Part shown: positions 33,435 to 45,812 of the stretch, piece after piece | How positions within the stretch are numbered: position 1 is the stretch's first letter | Layout: every line of letters starts with the position of its first letter | DNA from: Amphiscolops sp. MND2022 | Taxonomy: Eukaryota | Assembly (NCBI GenBank): GCA_964187785.1 | Contig: OZ076416.1 | Coordinates: 42,470,001 to 42,534,000 of the forward strand | Direction of reading: 5' to 3' | Length of the DNA stretch: 64,000 nt | Translations under genes and position numbers: made by a program | The notes under the pieces: model-generated | What the model saw: only the letters and a program-made list of their open reading frames with translations | The model's database searches: none | What the model was told of the DNA's origin: nothing

Positions 33435-34909
33435 CACTCTATGGAACCAACGCTGAGCAAAACCGATTCAAAAGGAGTTTGCCCTAACTGTGTTTCTATA
33501 ATTATCTCGTAGTTAAAAAATAAAGGTCTTTCATGGAACTTTCTTTCCAAAACGGAAAACCTAATAATTTTCGTGAAAAAGTTAAACAATTTCAAACTTC
33601 TTCAGGGAATGTCCGCAAGTTAATAACTGAGTTATAATTAATTATTATTATTCCTGCAAACTCGAGTTAGATTCGGAAAAAGTACTTTTGCAAGCGGAAA
33701 AAAAATTTGAAGAGATATACACTTCAGAGGTTTCGAAAATCAAGTTGTTGGAATTTTTTGTTTATTGAATTCAACGCTAAGTTTGTTGAAAGTTTCTCCA
33801 AAAAGGTAGATGACAATAATCTAATCTTTTTTATCGATACATGCATAGTTTTTGGGTCTGGGCAAAATCCGAAAACTCTGTCTTATAGAATTGAAACTGA
33901 AACTGAACCTTCAAATTTTGGTGTTGAAGTTCTGGTCAAACGTCTAATGAAGAACTTTCGGAACGAAAGCTTGAAACTGTGAAAAGCGAATCATTTAATG
34001 GTACTTGAATCGAGATAATTTTGTTGAATTTAATCCATAAAACTGATATAGGTTTCTTGAGTATAATCCGATAACCGTGTTAGTTTAAAATAGTCCTTCA
34101 TAAGCCGCGAGGAATTTCAATTTATGTACAACCAGTGCTGTGATGTTCTGTCAAAAGTTTTGAAGACTTGATAAAAGAAATTCAACTGTGCATTGCAGTT
34201 GACTTCGAATACAATTATTGAAGAATGTTCTTTTTCCCTGTTGTTTATAATCGTCTTGAAGTAAAAGGTGGTCTAGACTTGCTAGGCTTGCTTAGAAGAA
34301 CTGCTTATCTGAAAGATCACATCACAATTTGCAATATTGTCCATTACAATTCATCATCTCGAAAACAGTGAACATAATTCAAAAATAATCATAATCATCT
34401 ATAAAAGATTCCACTGAGCTTTTATTATACTAAAATTTGATATCGTTTCAGTCGAACTTGATATTTCAGCAGCTGACGTGTCTTGAATACTACTCAAAAA
34501 TTTTATTAGCAGCAACCAAGCTCTATAGATTGACTATGGTACCAAAAAGCTAAAGGCATCAATTTTTGTTTCCTACAGCGTCTTAGGTGAATAATTTATG
34601 GACTCTAATATGAAAAAAGTGAAATGGTATATTTCATTTCGAAATCTTCTGAGATACAAACTATGGAAACTAGTTTGATTTATTGAGAACATCATTTTTT
34701 GTTGGATTTTTGAACTTTCTCATGCAATATCTCGAGAACCATTGAGAGTATCGTAAAAATTTTGTGGCCTCGACAATATCCTCATAATTTCCCATCTTTA
34801 TTTTTTTGAAAATCTTAGTTTTAAAAACAAACAACGCAATCCGGTTTCAAACTGAATTCACGTTTGAGCTGAATTTTTTATTTGGACGGAATTGCAACCG
34901 TTTCCGAAG

Positions 34910-36563
34910 TGTCAGGACGAGTTGACGTCTCAGAGTTTAGGACGTCTTGGTGGTTCCTTTCCTTACTGGATGAAATTTTCTCAGTAAGGGCTCTAACAAT
35001 ACTAGTCAACTCTCCAATCTGCCTGTTCATATCTATAAATCTCTGTCCTATTCTGAGCCTTTCGTGGTCTCTCTTCATTGACCCCATTGTCTCATCATCA
35101 TTCTCAACAAAGTAGTTTTCACGGTAATGATCAGGTACACTGAAATTATCATCATTATCGGAAAGTCTCTCATCTTCTGATTGCTCTAATCTGTTTTCTC
35201 TGAGGATTTGCGATCTGGTTGGTGTTCACCATTTCCCAGTTAATAGGTTAGGCTTGATAAGATTTGATTTGATATTGAGGGGAAAATTGTTAGTGTTTAA
35301 TTGTACGTAAGCAAGGTAGTAAGTATATTTCAATATCGTGAAGATACCTCTGGTTACAGTGGTAGCACTATTTCAACTGGTGATTTTCTACTTCATTTTA
35401 GCACCCGCCAAATTTCTAGTAATGCGTACATACTACCTAATTGATTGCGTCCACATATCTGGTGTTTCTCATTGATCCGGTAAATCACACTTCAAGATAC
35501 GTTAGACGACTGGATACTTCAGTCGTCGCTAATTTCCTTCGCAGCACTTTCACACCTGTTATCACATCACTAATCTTCACACTTTTAGCTCCGATTACTT
35601 CACGATTAAAGCGGTGGTGGTAACTATGGATACATAGATCAATGCACTAATTGTTGTTGACGACTAATTGTTTTGGTTGTTGGTTTGAATCGATGCACTA
35701 CATGGTCGAAAGTTGCAACTACTGAATGAAAATGAATTGGTGGTTACTGCTTGATAAATAGGAAATGACTTTCATGAAATACGAATCGATGCACTGTTTA
35801 AGTAAATGTTGAAGTGCATGTCATGATTTCCGATAAAATGGCGACTGGATGGGCCGGTCGTTCTTTTCTGTAAAATTATTTTTTGAGTTTTTAGTTTGTG
35901 TTGAGCTTCAATTGCAGTGTCTGAAGACTGGGACGGAAATAGCACTAGGCCTCTTTGAAAAAGAACGTGAAGTATCAGATTAGGATATCGAGAGGAGGGC
36001 TCGCTCAGATTTAGCTCGGTTCGTTTGCGCATGTGGCTGTTTCGATTTTGACGACTTGGGGCTGCAGTCGTTGGTTGGCGTTGTCCATCTGGTTTAATAC
36101 AGTTCGGTAATTGGATAGCATCGTGATGGTGACAACTCGTGTTAACAGTCGTGAGCGTGGTTGCACTATTTCGGTCGGAAGTAGGAACCAGTACTGCAAG
36201 CAGTGGAAAGTGAGAGAGTGAAAGGTAACGTCACTGAACAGTTCGTGAATGAGTATTGCGAGTAATTAGTTAAACGGTGGCAATTGTATGCCACGTCATC
36301 CTGTCGTGCGCGTTTGAAGAGGTAGTCGGGTTAGAGTAAATAGTGATCGGAAGTGGACGCGGCAGTCGGATAATCCGTTGTAAGTATTACTGTTTTTGAT
36401 AGTCGTGTTTCGCTCTCTCGAAACCATTCTGTTGCAGGCTGTTTCGTTTCTACTGTTTTGTTATTTGACTGTTCGCCACCTCCTGGTTTGTCATTCGTTG
36501 CGTTTTTTACCATGCTGCAGCTTTCCTCCTTCGAATTCTTTTGTTTGTGGACTGGTAAGGACA
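34910..36563 (-). mobile_element. Solo-LTR-like segment containing the start of a gag-like ORF
   Basis: TGTC...GACA ends. Minus strand reads MVNT(fs)..ENRLEQSEDERLSDND..HERLRIGQRFIDMNRQIGELTSIVRALTEKISS up to the boundary at 34910. No matching TSD found. Confidence 0.45.
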
Positions 36564-39500
36564 TTTTGCGGGGTGTGTGGTTATGAAAGGTACGCTTTGG
36601 CTTTCTTTTTTCTTTTTTGCGCGAATGAATTGCAACTGAAATTACTTCGACAACGACTAATACTTCTGGATGTGTGGTGTGACATCCGTTTGAAGGTGCT
36701 TGTACGATACTTTCGAAACATTATTGTTGGTCCTTCCTGGAGGGTAGTTGCTGTCGGAAGGAGGAAGTCAGAAGAATGCAGCCATTGCTAAGCGAGTTCA
36801 TATGGTTTCATTTGTTGTAGATGCAGATTTCGTCACATACTGGTCGACGTTAGAAGCAAGATTGGAGCGTGATGTCAACCGCTGGGTGAAGGCGGCTGTC
36901 GAGATGTCCATGGGTCAGTTGGGGTTTGTTGGAGCTATGGCTATGGAGAAGTTTATGCAACGGCTGAAGGCTGTTATTCAAGAGATAGTTGCCTCAAGTG
37001 CAGTTACTGCTGAAGCTGCCTCACATCTGATGGATTTTAGTGTGCGGTCATCAACTGTCGCCTCTGGTTCAGTAGATGGGACGTCATCTGTACCTACTGC
37101 TTTTGGTGAAGGGGTTGCCCCATCAATCGACAAGACAGTTGCTGGTTTGCCGTCGTCGTCAAAATTGAAATCTGGTGAGAATCTCATAAGGTCACATGAG
37201 GGGTTTTAGTGGTAGATTTTTCGATCTAACCAAGACATTAGGGAGGAGGAAAAAAAAGTTTTTTGTTTTTTTTAAGGCGTGCTTGGTTTTTTTTTCTTGA
37301 GTTCTTACAGTTAAGTGGCTTGGTAGACTTTGTTTGTGTGCTGTTCGAACTCGCGGTGCTGGGCGCGCTCAGGAAATCACTGATTTTATGATGGTTTTGC
37401 TAATTGGTTTTCTTTTGTTTCTAGCGAGGAAGCGAAAGATCAACACCCTAAAGCCTGCATATTTCGTGTCGCCTGTCCTCAGTCTGTTTGTCGGCTTTCC
37501 TCGTCATAAGCGGACTATCGACGGGTATGTGCGATGTATGATGTGCAAGGTCGATATCAGCATCGCTGGACGTGGGCCGGGTAATTTGTGGGGGCATGTG
37601 AAAGTGCGCCGAAGACATTTTGCTGGAACAGAAGTTCTGTATCATGACGCAGCGTCCTTTGTTTGGTCGATTTTGTCGGACCGTTACTGCAGTTGAAGAT
37701 CGTCGCATTCGTCTGATGCGTATGGTCTAGCCCCCAGTTTATCTGAAGTCCCCCTTGGACTTATCAGTTGGATATACGAGAGGATTGCTATTGAGGAACC
37801 GGAGGCGGAAACCGAGGCTCGTCCGGCGTTGTCTTCTGAGAGTGGAGCCTATCTGTGGCTCAGTTCCTTCCTTAACAGTTTTGTGTCTGCGACTGATTTC
37901 AAAACGGTGATCTCCCAGTTGGAACATTGGACGATGTGTTTGCAGACTGAGTTGAGCTTTACTCAGCGATTACTCAACTACGAGCCGTGTCAGGTATGTT
38001 CAGTAGAAGGCGTATCAGGGTGGGGAGATAATTGAAACGGAGCGTAGAAAAGAGATTTTTTTCTGAAGTGTATTTGTGTCCTGGTGGAATTTGTCGGGTC
38101 CCCTGAAGGGGTGTTCTGAGGACTGTTAATTCTAGTGTTACATGTGTTTAGAGCCTTGTTCTGTATGTATTATATCCTCAGGTCCTGGAACAATTCAATG
38201 ACATGATGTCCAGAGGCAGTCGTGTGGGTTTGCAGCCTTATCGAGACGGGATGATGTGGCGTGTCGACTGCCACGTGGTTGACGGGTATGATGTCAAATC
38301 CAGTTGCTTAGGTGCTGTCTTAACTGGTGAAAGTCGGGAGAAACAACTGACTCACGTGGTTGCCTCCCATCTCAGTTGTCTTGAGTCTGTGGTAAATGTG
38401 AATGTCGTTTGTGTCGAAGGAGATCTTGCAGTAGGACGTGCTATTGCGAGTGTCATGTCACCTACCCGTGGTCGTCCGGATTCATGACCTCACGTGGTTG
38501 CATGATGTGATTCGTGGTCAGTTTACAAGCCAGTTTTGTGGATTGGATCCATACGGAGTACTGGATTTCTTAAAGTGTTGACTGGCCGGGGTGATTCCTG
38601 GTCAACGGTTTGACAAGATGCCAGAATTGCGTCAGGTACGTTGTGTTTTGCGTATATTTTTTTGTTGTTACTTGGCTAGGCGTCGCATTTTTGTCCTTTT
38701 TGTTAAGTGGGTATGTAGTGATCCCTTTTTTTGTTTGTTTGACTTTTATTTTTGTGTGTGGAGGGGATTGTTAAATGTTATGCTTATTATTGGGAGTTTG
38801 GTAGGCCTGTTTTAGTTCGTACACGGAGGATGTGAATCTGCCGTTGCTCTTCCGCGTGTTTGTGTGGAGCTTGTCGAGATGTGGGATGATTTGGGTCTCT
38901 ACTTTGGAACACATCGCTCTACCACGGCAGCTGAGATCCGGACGCAACCGTGATTCGATGTGTACTTGTTCGAGGACCGATTGTCACGACCGCGATTTGC
39001 AGTTCTCCGTAATCTGTCGACGATTCGTAATTTCTCCTGGGTTTAGTTTTTTGGATACAGAATTGGGTGCAGGAATTTTGTGTTGTGGTTGGGCGGGTGT
39101 ATGTCGGAGTTCAAGTTCGGTTACAACAGAGACAATTTTGGGTTTCAGTCGTTGAAGTGTGTCCACGAGCATGTTCGACAAACTGGGACCGAGACTTTTG
39201 CTTTCAACGTGAATTTGTTGCTTTTGTTGGATCCCTTCGCTTACTTATTCAGAATGCGACCGATGTTCCCGCTGCTTTTGAAGTTGACCAGATTTTGAAA
39301 GCGCGTGATATGGCGTTGAAGTCCGTAGACAATGACAGGAGCCATGTGTTATTCGGACAGTACTTCCGTTTTGATGTGAGCTCTGAACAGCCGTATTTTT
39401 ACCGGGATGTGCAGCAGCTGCTACATGGGTTGTGTGTGACCCTATCGGCAGAATACCTGCAGGACCAAGAAGATCGGTTTTGCCTCATGCCTTTCGATCC

Positions 39501-40500
39501 AGTACTGATCTTCCAGGGTTCGAAGGACCGTCTTGTGGATTCGTTGATGGACGTGTTTTTAGTGTTAACTCGGTGTAAAGTTATTGGAGAAGACATGGGA
39601 GCAGTTGTGTTACGGCAGTACAAAGACGTCAGTGTTTACTTTGCCAACGTTGGCTGAGTCAGTCAGATCAACTGCCTTTCGTTTATGATATCATTACCTT
39701 GTGGTTTAGTTATCCTCACTGGCAGCGTTGTCCTGAGCGACTAGACGTTTTTCGTGTCGTGATTTGCGGTGTGTTGCGAAGTTCCTATCAAGTGGATTTA
39801 TTGGATCTGAGCCGTACTGCCTTGCAGGATTCAGTAGTCGGCCGAAAAACTGCTTGCTGGACTAATACGTAATTGTGCTTCGACGGACTTACAGGTGTTG
39901 CGTCTCAATAACTCTGAGCGTTGTCAACTATGGGCTCACAATTTTTGAAAAGAAGATTTGTGGAAGTCTATGGTGAATGTGACCGTGTGCTTGCAGGTGG
40001 AGTCATCGAACAGTAAATATTACCTATAGATGTTTACAGAGATCAGCTGTTTGCGCGCACCTCGAGAGTCGGGAGCAGAAGTTAGTTAGTCCTGTGCATG
40101 GTCGAGGTCGCAGTTCTACTGCGGAATCAACTAAACAGAAGTTAGGATTATCAGCTTCTTGTGATTCCCTGAGTGAAGATGCTTCTATCCCGTCCACTTC
40201 TAGCCAACGGACGCCTTGTCTGCGGAGTGAAGTAAGCCTCGTTGTGACTTCGCCATCTCAGTCAAAGTTCAAAGGAGTAGAATCCTGGTTTTCGCCAGCA
40301 ATGAGGAACAGAGATCGTCGGTGTAAAAAATCGACCTATTTACAGCCACCCTGCGATGGTGAGGGCGAGCGTGCATACACCGGATATGCCCCACATATCA
40401 TAAGAAACGTTTCGGCAAATGTTTCTAGCCTGAGACGTTTTGGCATATTTTTTTGCCGAAACGTCCGCCGCCATGTTTTTGCCGAAACGTCCGGAATCCC
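36564..40500 (+). mobile_element. Decayed element of unknown class with a BED-like zinc finger and subterminal GCCGAAACGT repeats
   Basis: YVRCMMCKVDISIAGRGPGNLWGH..H at ~37525-37620; further ORF pieces 36748-37209, 37829-38035, 38203-38487 and 39067-39657; GCCGAAACGT occurs twice direct and once inverted at 40387-40500. Confidence 0.5.
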
Positions 40501-40793
40501 ATTCTAGAATTCAAATCTTGGGCAGTTTTGGCGAAGACAGGTTGTGTCCAACTATTCTGGGTTCCATCGAGACGACTTTCCTGTTCATTCGTCAAACTCA
40601 ACCATTTCTCAAGCGCTTTTGTAAAAGAAACATCTTCGAATGTTTCTGAGAAAATCGTCGTGAGAAAGTCACTTGCACCAAAAGCTAAGGCCAAAAAGGC
40701 GGGAAGTGCTAATAATGTTGCGGATGACCTCCCAAGAGCACCCATTTCAGCGGGCAGTGCCAGCTGAGTACTCGAAATATCGTCGAAGTTCAC
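40501..40793 (-). mobile_element. Fragment of a CRE-like non-LTR RT C-terminal region
   Basis: QLALPAEMGALGRSSATLLALPAFLA resembles the LPxxxGGLG..SA..ALPAF motif; cut off at 40500. Confidence 0.6.
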
Positions 40794-41097
40794 TTTACAT
40801 ACTTTGGAAAGCCCGTCGCGTACGGGTTTGTCATACTTTTCCGGATAAAAGGGTCTTTACGAAATAGAATTAGCCCGAGTTGAAGCATGGGCAGTCAGAA
40901 AAAGATAGGCAAGGTGCCAGATCGCTGCAGGCTGCAGAGCCTCCATACAGTGTCAAAAACGGTCCCCTGAATGAAACAAGCACCAAGAACATCAAGTGGA
41001 GGAGAGATTCATAAATTAGGGCATCGTATCATAATTTTAAAAAACATCGGCGGTAAATATATCGCAGGAATCACCAAATTAGGATCGTCGAGGTAAG

Positions 41098-44000
41098 TCA
41101 CGACAACCTTCCCTCTTCAACCATTGCAGAGATAGATGATTCCTCAGTTTGACGGCGAATAGATCGAGATCCTCTGAGGCATAGCACGGAACTGCGTAAC
41201 AAAGCGAAGCTAATTTGCGTCCTGATGTATCCTATGGCGTCCGAGTAGCTGTCTTGTCCTTTTTCGCTGATCTTCAGTGCAAGTCGGGACATAACTTTCG
41301 AGGCTGAAGGACCTGCGCCTCCTGAACAAGCGAAGACAAGAGGATTGAATGAGCTGTTTCCCACATCAAGGATTCTCTGTTCGTACTTCAGTTTTTTCAA
41401 AGTTTCATGATATTTATACGCTTCCTTTACTTCTTTCGGACAGGACTTGGCCAGCGGGTTAAAAATTTTGACGTCAAAAAACGTTCTGAGAATCGTGAAT
41501 CCCAGAGTCCATTTGCTCTGATATCGAGACGAGCTTCATCTTCAGTGCAAGTTGATTTATATTCGAAGGATTCCCCTTCTAACCTCTGAAGTTTCGGCTC
41601 CACCTCAACGTCGAAGCAAACGTCTTTCATTATCTTTGCGAACGTATCGCGTATTTCATCATGTCTCAAGTGAGTGTAGCCTCCTTTTCCGCAGTGTAGG
41701 GAATGGGCAACAGTGAAGGGTTCACCACAAGGGCATTTGGCAGGTAAATTCTTTGGCTCCCAACCGTAGCGCAGCGCGAGACCGTCCCGAAAATCAGACT
41801 TCGTAAGAGTGAAACCATAGCGTTTCAGTGGGAGGGCGACTAACCAGCTGGATGCTCCTTTTTCCGAAACAAGTGTAACTGCGTGTCGTTGTTCGTGATT
41901 CAAGTTGCATTTGACTTCTCCAAGCTTAGTTTTTTGAATTTCTTGCTTCTGTTTCTTTATCATGTTTACTGTTGAGTGTTGCTTCGCTTCAGCGGTGGTT
42001 AGATCTTCTTCATCTAGATGAGAAGTAACATCCTTTGACCACTGCAGATCGTTTCTTCTGTCTTCGGGTGAAAGGATATTCAGCCCACCTTTGCTGAGCG
42101 GTAGGGAGAAAAGAGAACGTTCTGCTATAGATAACTCACCACGGCCGGTGATGTTAGGGATCAGTTTCGTTGTTAAGAGAGATTCGGTGTTTTGCAGTGT
42201 GTTTTCCATGTCAGGTGTTGTTCTTGACAGGAAGGTGAGTTTGTGTTGAACACCTTTTGTAAATGCATGATAGACATTCTGTGGTGACTTTTTCGCATGT
42301 GACGCAAGTTTGTTTACAAAGTTCGTGTACTCAGTGAGTTTGGAGGACTGGAAAGCGTGACAGGCCTCGGGCGATCCAATAACGGAACCCAGAACACGGT
42401 GTCCTACCACTAGTTCAACATCCTCGTCTTTAAAGAGGTCTTTTGCTTTGTCAAGGGAGGAATCTTTCGTGATGAGATGACATTTAGTGATGTTGTATCC
42501 AAATGCGGGACCGTGGAGCTTCAGTTTTTCGAAGAGATTTCGAAGCGATTCGATGCTACCGGCTACATTGCCATCGTCAGCATACCATTTTTGTAGCACT
42601 CCTTCTTCGTTCACGAGGTCCATTAACGGTAGAAGCGCAATGCCATACATGGACATAGCCAAAGGGTCGCCTTGAGTAGTTCCTTTTTGCGACAAGAGAG
42701 TTTTCCCATTCACGTAAAGGTTTGAAGGTGTACCATATGAGTTTCGGAGCGCTGTTATGATGGATGGACAGGTTTTCTGAATGTTTTTCAGGGCCAGATC
42801 CCTATTTAGACTATTGAACGCGTTTTTGGCGTCAATCAGGAGAAGCCCTTGTGTCTCTGGCAGCTCGAACGTCTCACGTAGACTGTGAATGGCGTGTTCG
42901 ATGCCACATTTTTGACCAAGGCAGAGTTGCCTATTCTGGCCCAAGATCTTGAGATCGTTCCCGATGCATCGAAGAATGTTCCTCCCAATTATGCGTCTGA
43001 TGACTTCGCCCACTCCGATTGGTCTGACACCTGGGTTTTTGTCTAGCGGTATGAGACGGCATGCGTTGTAGGGAGTTAGATCATGCATTTGTTCTGTTGC
43101 GAGCCTCCCGGCAAATGCCGCAAGAGCCTTGCAGAGGTTCGTGGATGCTTGACCGAAATGTGAAAGCCACCTGCGCCAGTCGTTGGCGTCGACGCCGGAT
43201 GGTCCGTGGCTACCTTGCGTTACCATGGCTGTTTTTCGGACTGTCGACGCGTTGATTTTGTCGAAAATACTGTGATGGTGTTCGACGGTGTGGTCATTTT
43301 CGTTAATGACGTAGCTGTCTTTTGATTTCATCGGTTTCGGGTGTTTCTCCTGAAGGATTTGCATTACGGTTTTGCTCCCCACTCTTTCTTGCAGCGAGAA
43401 GACGTTGCCTTTCTGAGACTCATCCAGACACCGCAATGCATTTGAGATTTTCCCTGATGACATTTGGATGTCAAAACTTTTCATTTCATCGCGGTTCTGG
43501 GTTTTCCGCACTTTTGGTATACGTAGCTGCAGTGCCTTTGCTTCGTTGAAGAGCGCCTCGAATTCGCAGCTAAGCCATGCCTTCATTCGTCTTTGAATGG
43601 TTTTTCCGATGGATGTTTCACGTTTCTCTTTCGTACGGGCCAGAACTAGATGGGGCATTACCATCGCGAAGTAAAGTGCTACATTCGAGTTTCGCGATTT
43701 TTCGGCAACTTCATCGAAGATAATGCTGAGGCTTTCGATGAAGCAATGTCCAGTTTTGTTTTTGCTGAGAGTGACAAATTGGGGCTTCCAGTGGACTATT
43801 TCAGAGTAGCCTTTTTTGATGAAGTCAGTATGTGTTGGTGTTATTTTCGTCCAGAAGTTAGCGGGTGTGGGCGGAGTGACATTGGGGGAAGTGTCGGGGT
43901 CGTTTTGGTTTATTTCTACAGTTGTAAGCGGATTGGCTTGTGGCGTGTGTGTTGGTGTCAACTTGCGGGGCGGCGGCAAGATTGCAGGTTTGACAGATGA

Positions 44001-44130
44001 AACCCGCGTAGTGGTCTCGTCCGGATGCCAGACCGCTGCATCGTATATGAATGTGGCCGCACTCGTTGCACCATACACCTCCGCCCCTCAGATGCCCGTT
44101 GCATTTACTACAATGCGTTTGATCTGCCAT
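41098..44130 (-). pseudogene. PHD finger - RT - CCHC knuckle - restriction-like endonuclease; two frameshifts
   Basis: CSKC..CNEC.HIHIRC..CQTC (PHD); GPSGVD, PIGVGEVIRR, DAKNAFNS, GTTQGDPL, YADDG, LPLSKGGL (RT); CPCG..HSLHC; RLDI..FFDVK..K (RLE); frameshifts near 44000 and 41470. Confidence 0.9.
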
Positions 44131-44178
44131 GGAATTGAGGGAAGGTTGTCAGGTCAGTTATATGTACAATTCGATTAT

Positions 44179-44721
44179 TTACATATGAATAAAATTACAA
44201 CTATAGAGAGAAATATAGAAAGACAGAATGCGGGTGAAACTATGATTTCCAAAGAAGGAAAAGTAAACTCCGTCACGGCAGAATATCTTGGTGTCAAAAT
44301 CACGATTAAAATTTGGTGACACAATGGGTAGATTCAGTGAGCCTAGGAGCTTATGTAGAGCGAAGTTCAGCCAATAGATACGTCGGTTGGTGATTGAATC
44401 GTTAGCAGTTGCAATAGTCTTTGGGATTATGACCGTTGAGGGGTTGAATTTCCAGTAGATCAGCTGAACAATGTATTTCCAATTTTCTACAAAAGTGGCC
44501 GGGGATTTTCGATGGTCGTTGAAGCCAGCTACAACAATAACAGTACTCAATTGCTGATGCGGGTAACTTTCGATTACATGGCTCAATTCACTCAGGTTCG
44601 CGCCTCTGTAGGAGTGTATTGCAGCACCGACTTCGTTGGCTTTGATGTATTTAGTTCGAGAGGTTCCGATAACCAAATTTGTCGTTCTTGGGTTTAGTCT
44701 TCTTGGTTCAAATCGGCACAT
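44179..44721 (-). CDS. SGNH/GDSL hydrolase-like protein (~180 aa), putative ORF1 of the CRE-like element
   Basis: NLVIGTS (block I), HSYRGA (II), VIVVAGFND (III), VIIPK, LNFAL, DGVYFSFFG (V, His replaced by Tyr); uninterrupted. Confidence 0.75.
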   Translation of the reverse strand: MCRFEPRRLNPRTTNLVIGTSRTKYIKANEVGAAIHSYRGANLSELSHVIESYPHQQLSTVIVVAGFNDHRKSPATFVENWKYIVQLIYWKFNPSTVIIPKTIATANDSITNRRIYWLNFALHKLLGSLNLPIVSPNFNRDFDTKIFCRDGVYFSFFGNHSFTRILSFYISLYSCNFIHM

Positions 44722-45812
44722 GATGCTAAAACAAGATTGAAGCAGTATCTGAAGTGCATTTGAAAGCACTTCAAGGTTAAAAATTCATGAAAATTTTTTT
44801 TCCACAATTGAAAAAAAAATTAAAATTCTTCTATAAAAAATTTTAAAAAAATCAAAAATCTAAAACAAAAAGGACTTAGGTAAAAATTCAAGTTCAATCA
44901 AGTTGAAAATGATAGAAACAGGAGAGGTACAACCTGGCGATGATGCTGGGGGCTGTTGGTTGCAGGTTCCTCTCCTTCTTGTGCCTCGCCGCACCTTTAA
45001 TTTGGGATAAAAGCTCAAGAGCTGTCCTGGTTCTGCTCACCTACGGCTGGGATGGTGAGACTTTTCGACAGTAACCAAAGTTTGTTCAGGCCCAGCGCGC
45101 ATAAGGATATGAAACAGATCAAGTTTGTGAAAAAGAAAGGGAGAAGCCTATTTAATAAGTTTATCACAACAATTAGGCTGGATAGGTGGATGATAGGTGG
45201 ATGAAAAGCAACAGATAGGTGGATGATTAAAACATGTACTGGTGCGAAAAAAAACATTTGAAAACTACTTTTGCTTATTGCAAATCAAGATGCTGGGACC
45301 TGGCAGCTTTTTGAAGCAACCGATCTCAATGGCTCTCCAGATTGGCAATGCGGCGTGTGTTCTAGGAACTGTGAGCGACAGATGCGTTTGAAGCAATTTA
45401 TTACATATTTTAAAAAAACCTTTATATTATTGCAGCTTTTTTGAAAAAACTTGTTTCTATTGGCTGGTATGGGGTTTCCTTTCGTTACAGACCACGGGTG
45501 TGTGTCTTCTCCTCCCAACATGATGACACACATGGAACTTGATTGATGACGAAGATCCATGATATCTGATAGTGGAAAGAATTAAAATGCTGATTTCGTC
45601 TGGGAAAATATTAATTAGTGCAATCGGTATATGAAAACTATATACTTCGTTACATTTAAAAGGGAAATATGTAAAGTAATTGCTGATTTCGTCTGAATAA
45701 AAATTCATTGATATGAATAGAGTTGTATCGACTATAATCTCAGCTTATTTCAGATCATGTTGATTTTTCTGTATAAATTGAAATCTTGCTATTAAATGGT
45801 TAATCGCGGCAA

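Larger units (their letters stand above)
41040..44800 (-). mobile_element. CRE-like (RLE-type) non-LTR retrotransposon with an upstream SGNH ORF; ends approximate
   Basis: Long RT-CCHC-RLE ORF with a PHD-type N-terminus, and an esterase-like ORF ~50 bp upstream on the same strand. Confidence 0.85.

Noticed and set aside
34904-36570. Target-site duplication for the solo-LTR-like segment
   Set aside because: Left flank CGAAG and right flank TTTTG do not match, so the boundaries remain tentative.
43061-44319. Plus-strand ORFs over the CRE-like element (also 4098-4727, 49363-49821 and similar)
   Set aside because: Antisense shadows of real coding regions.
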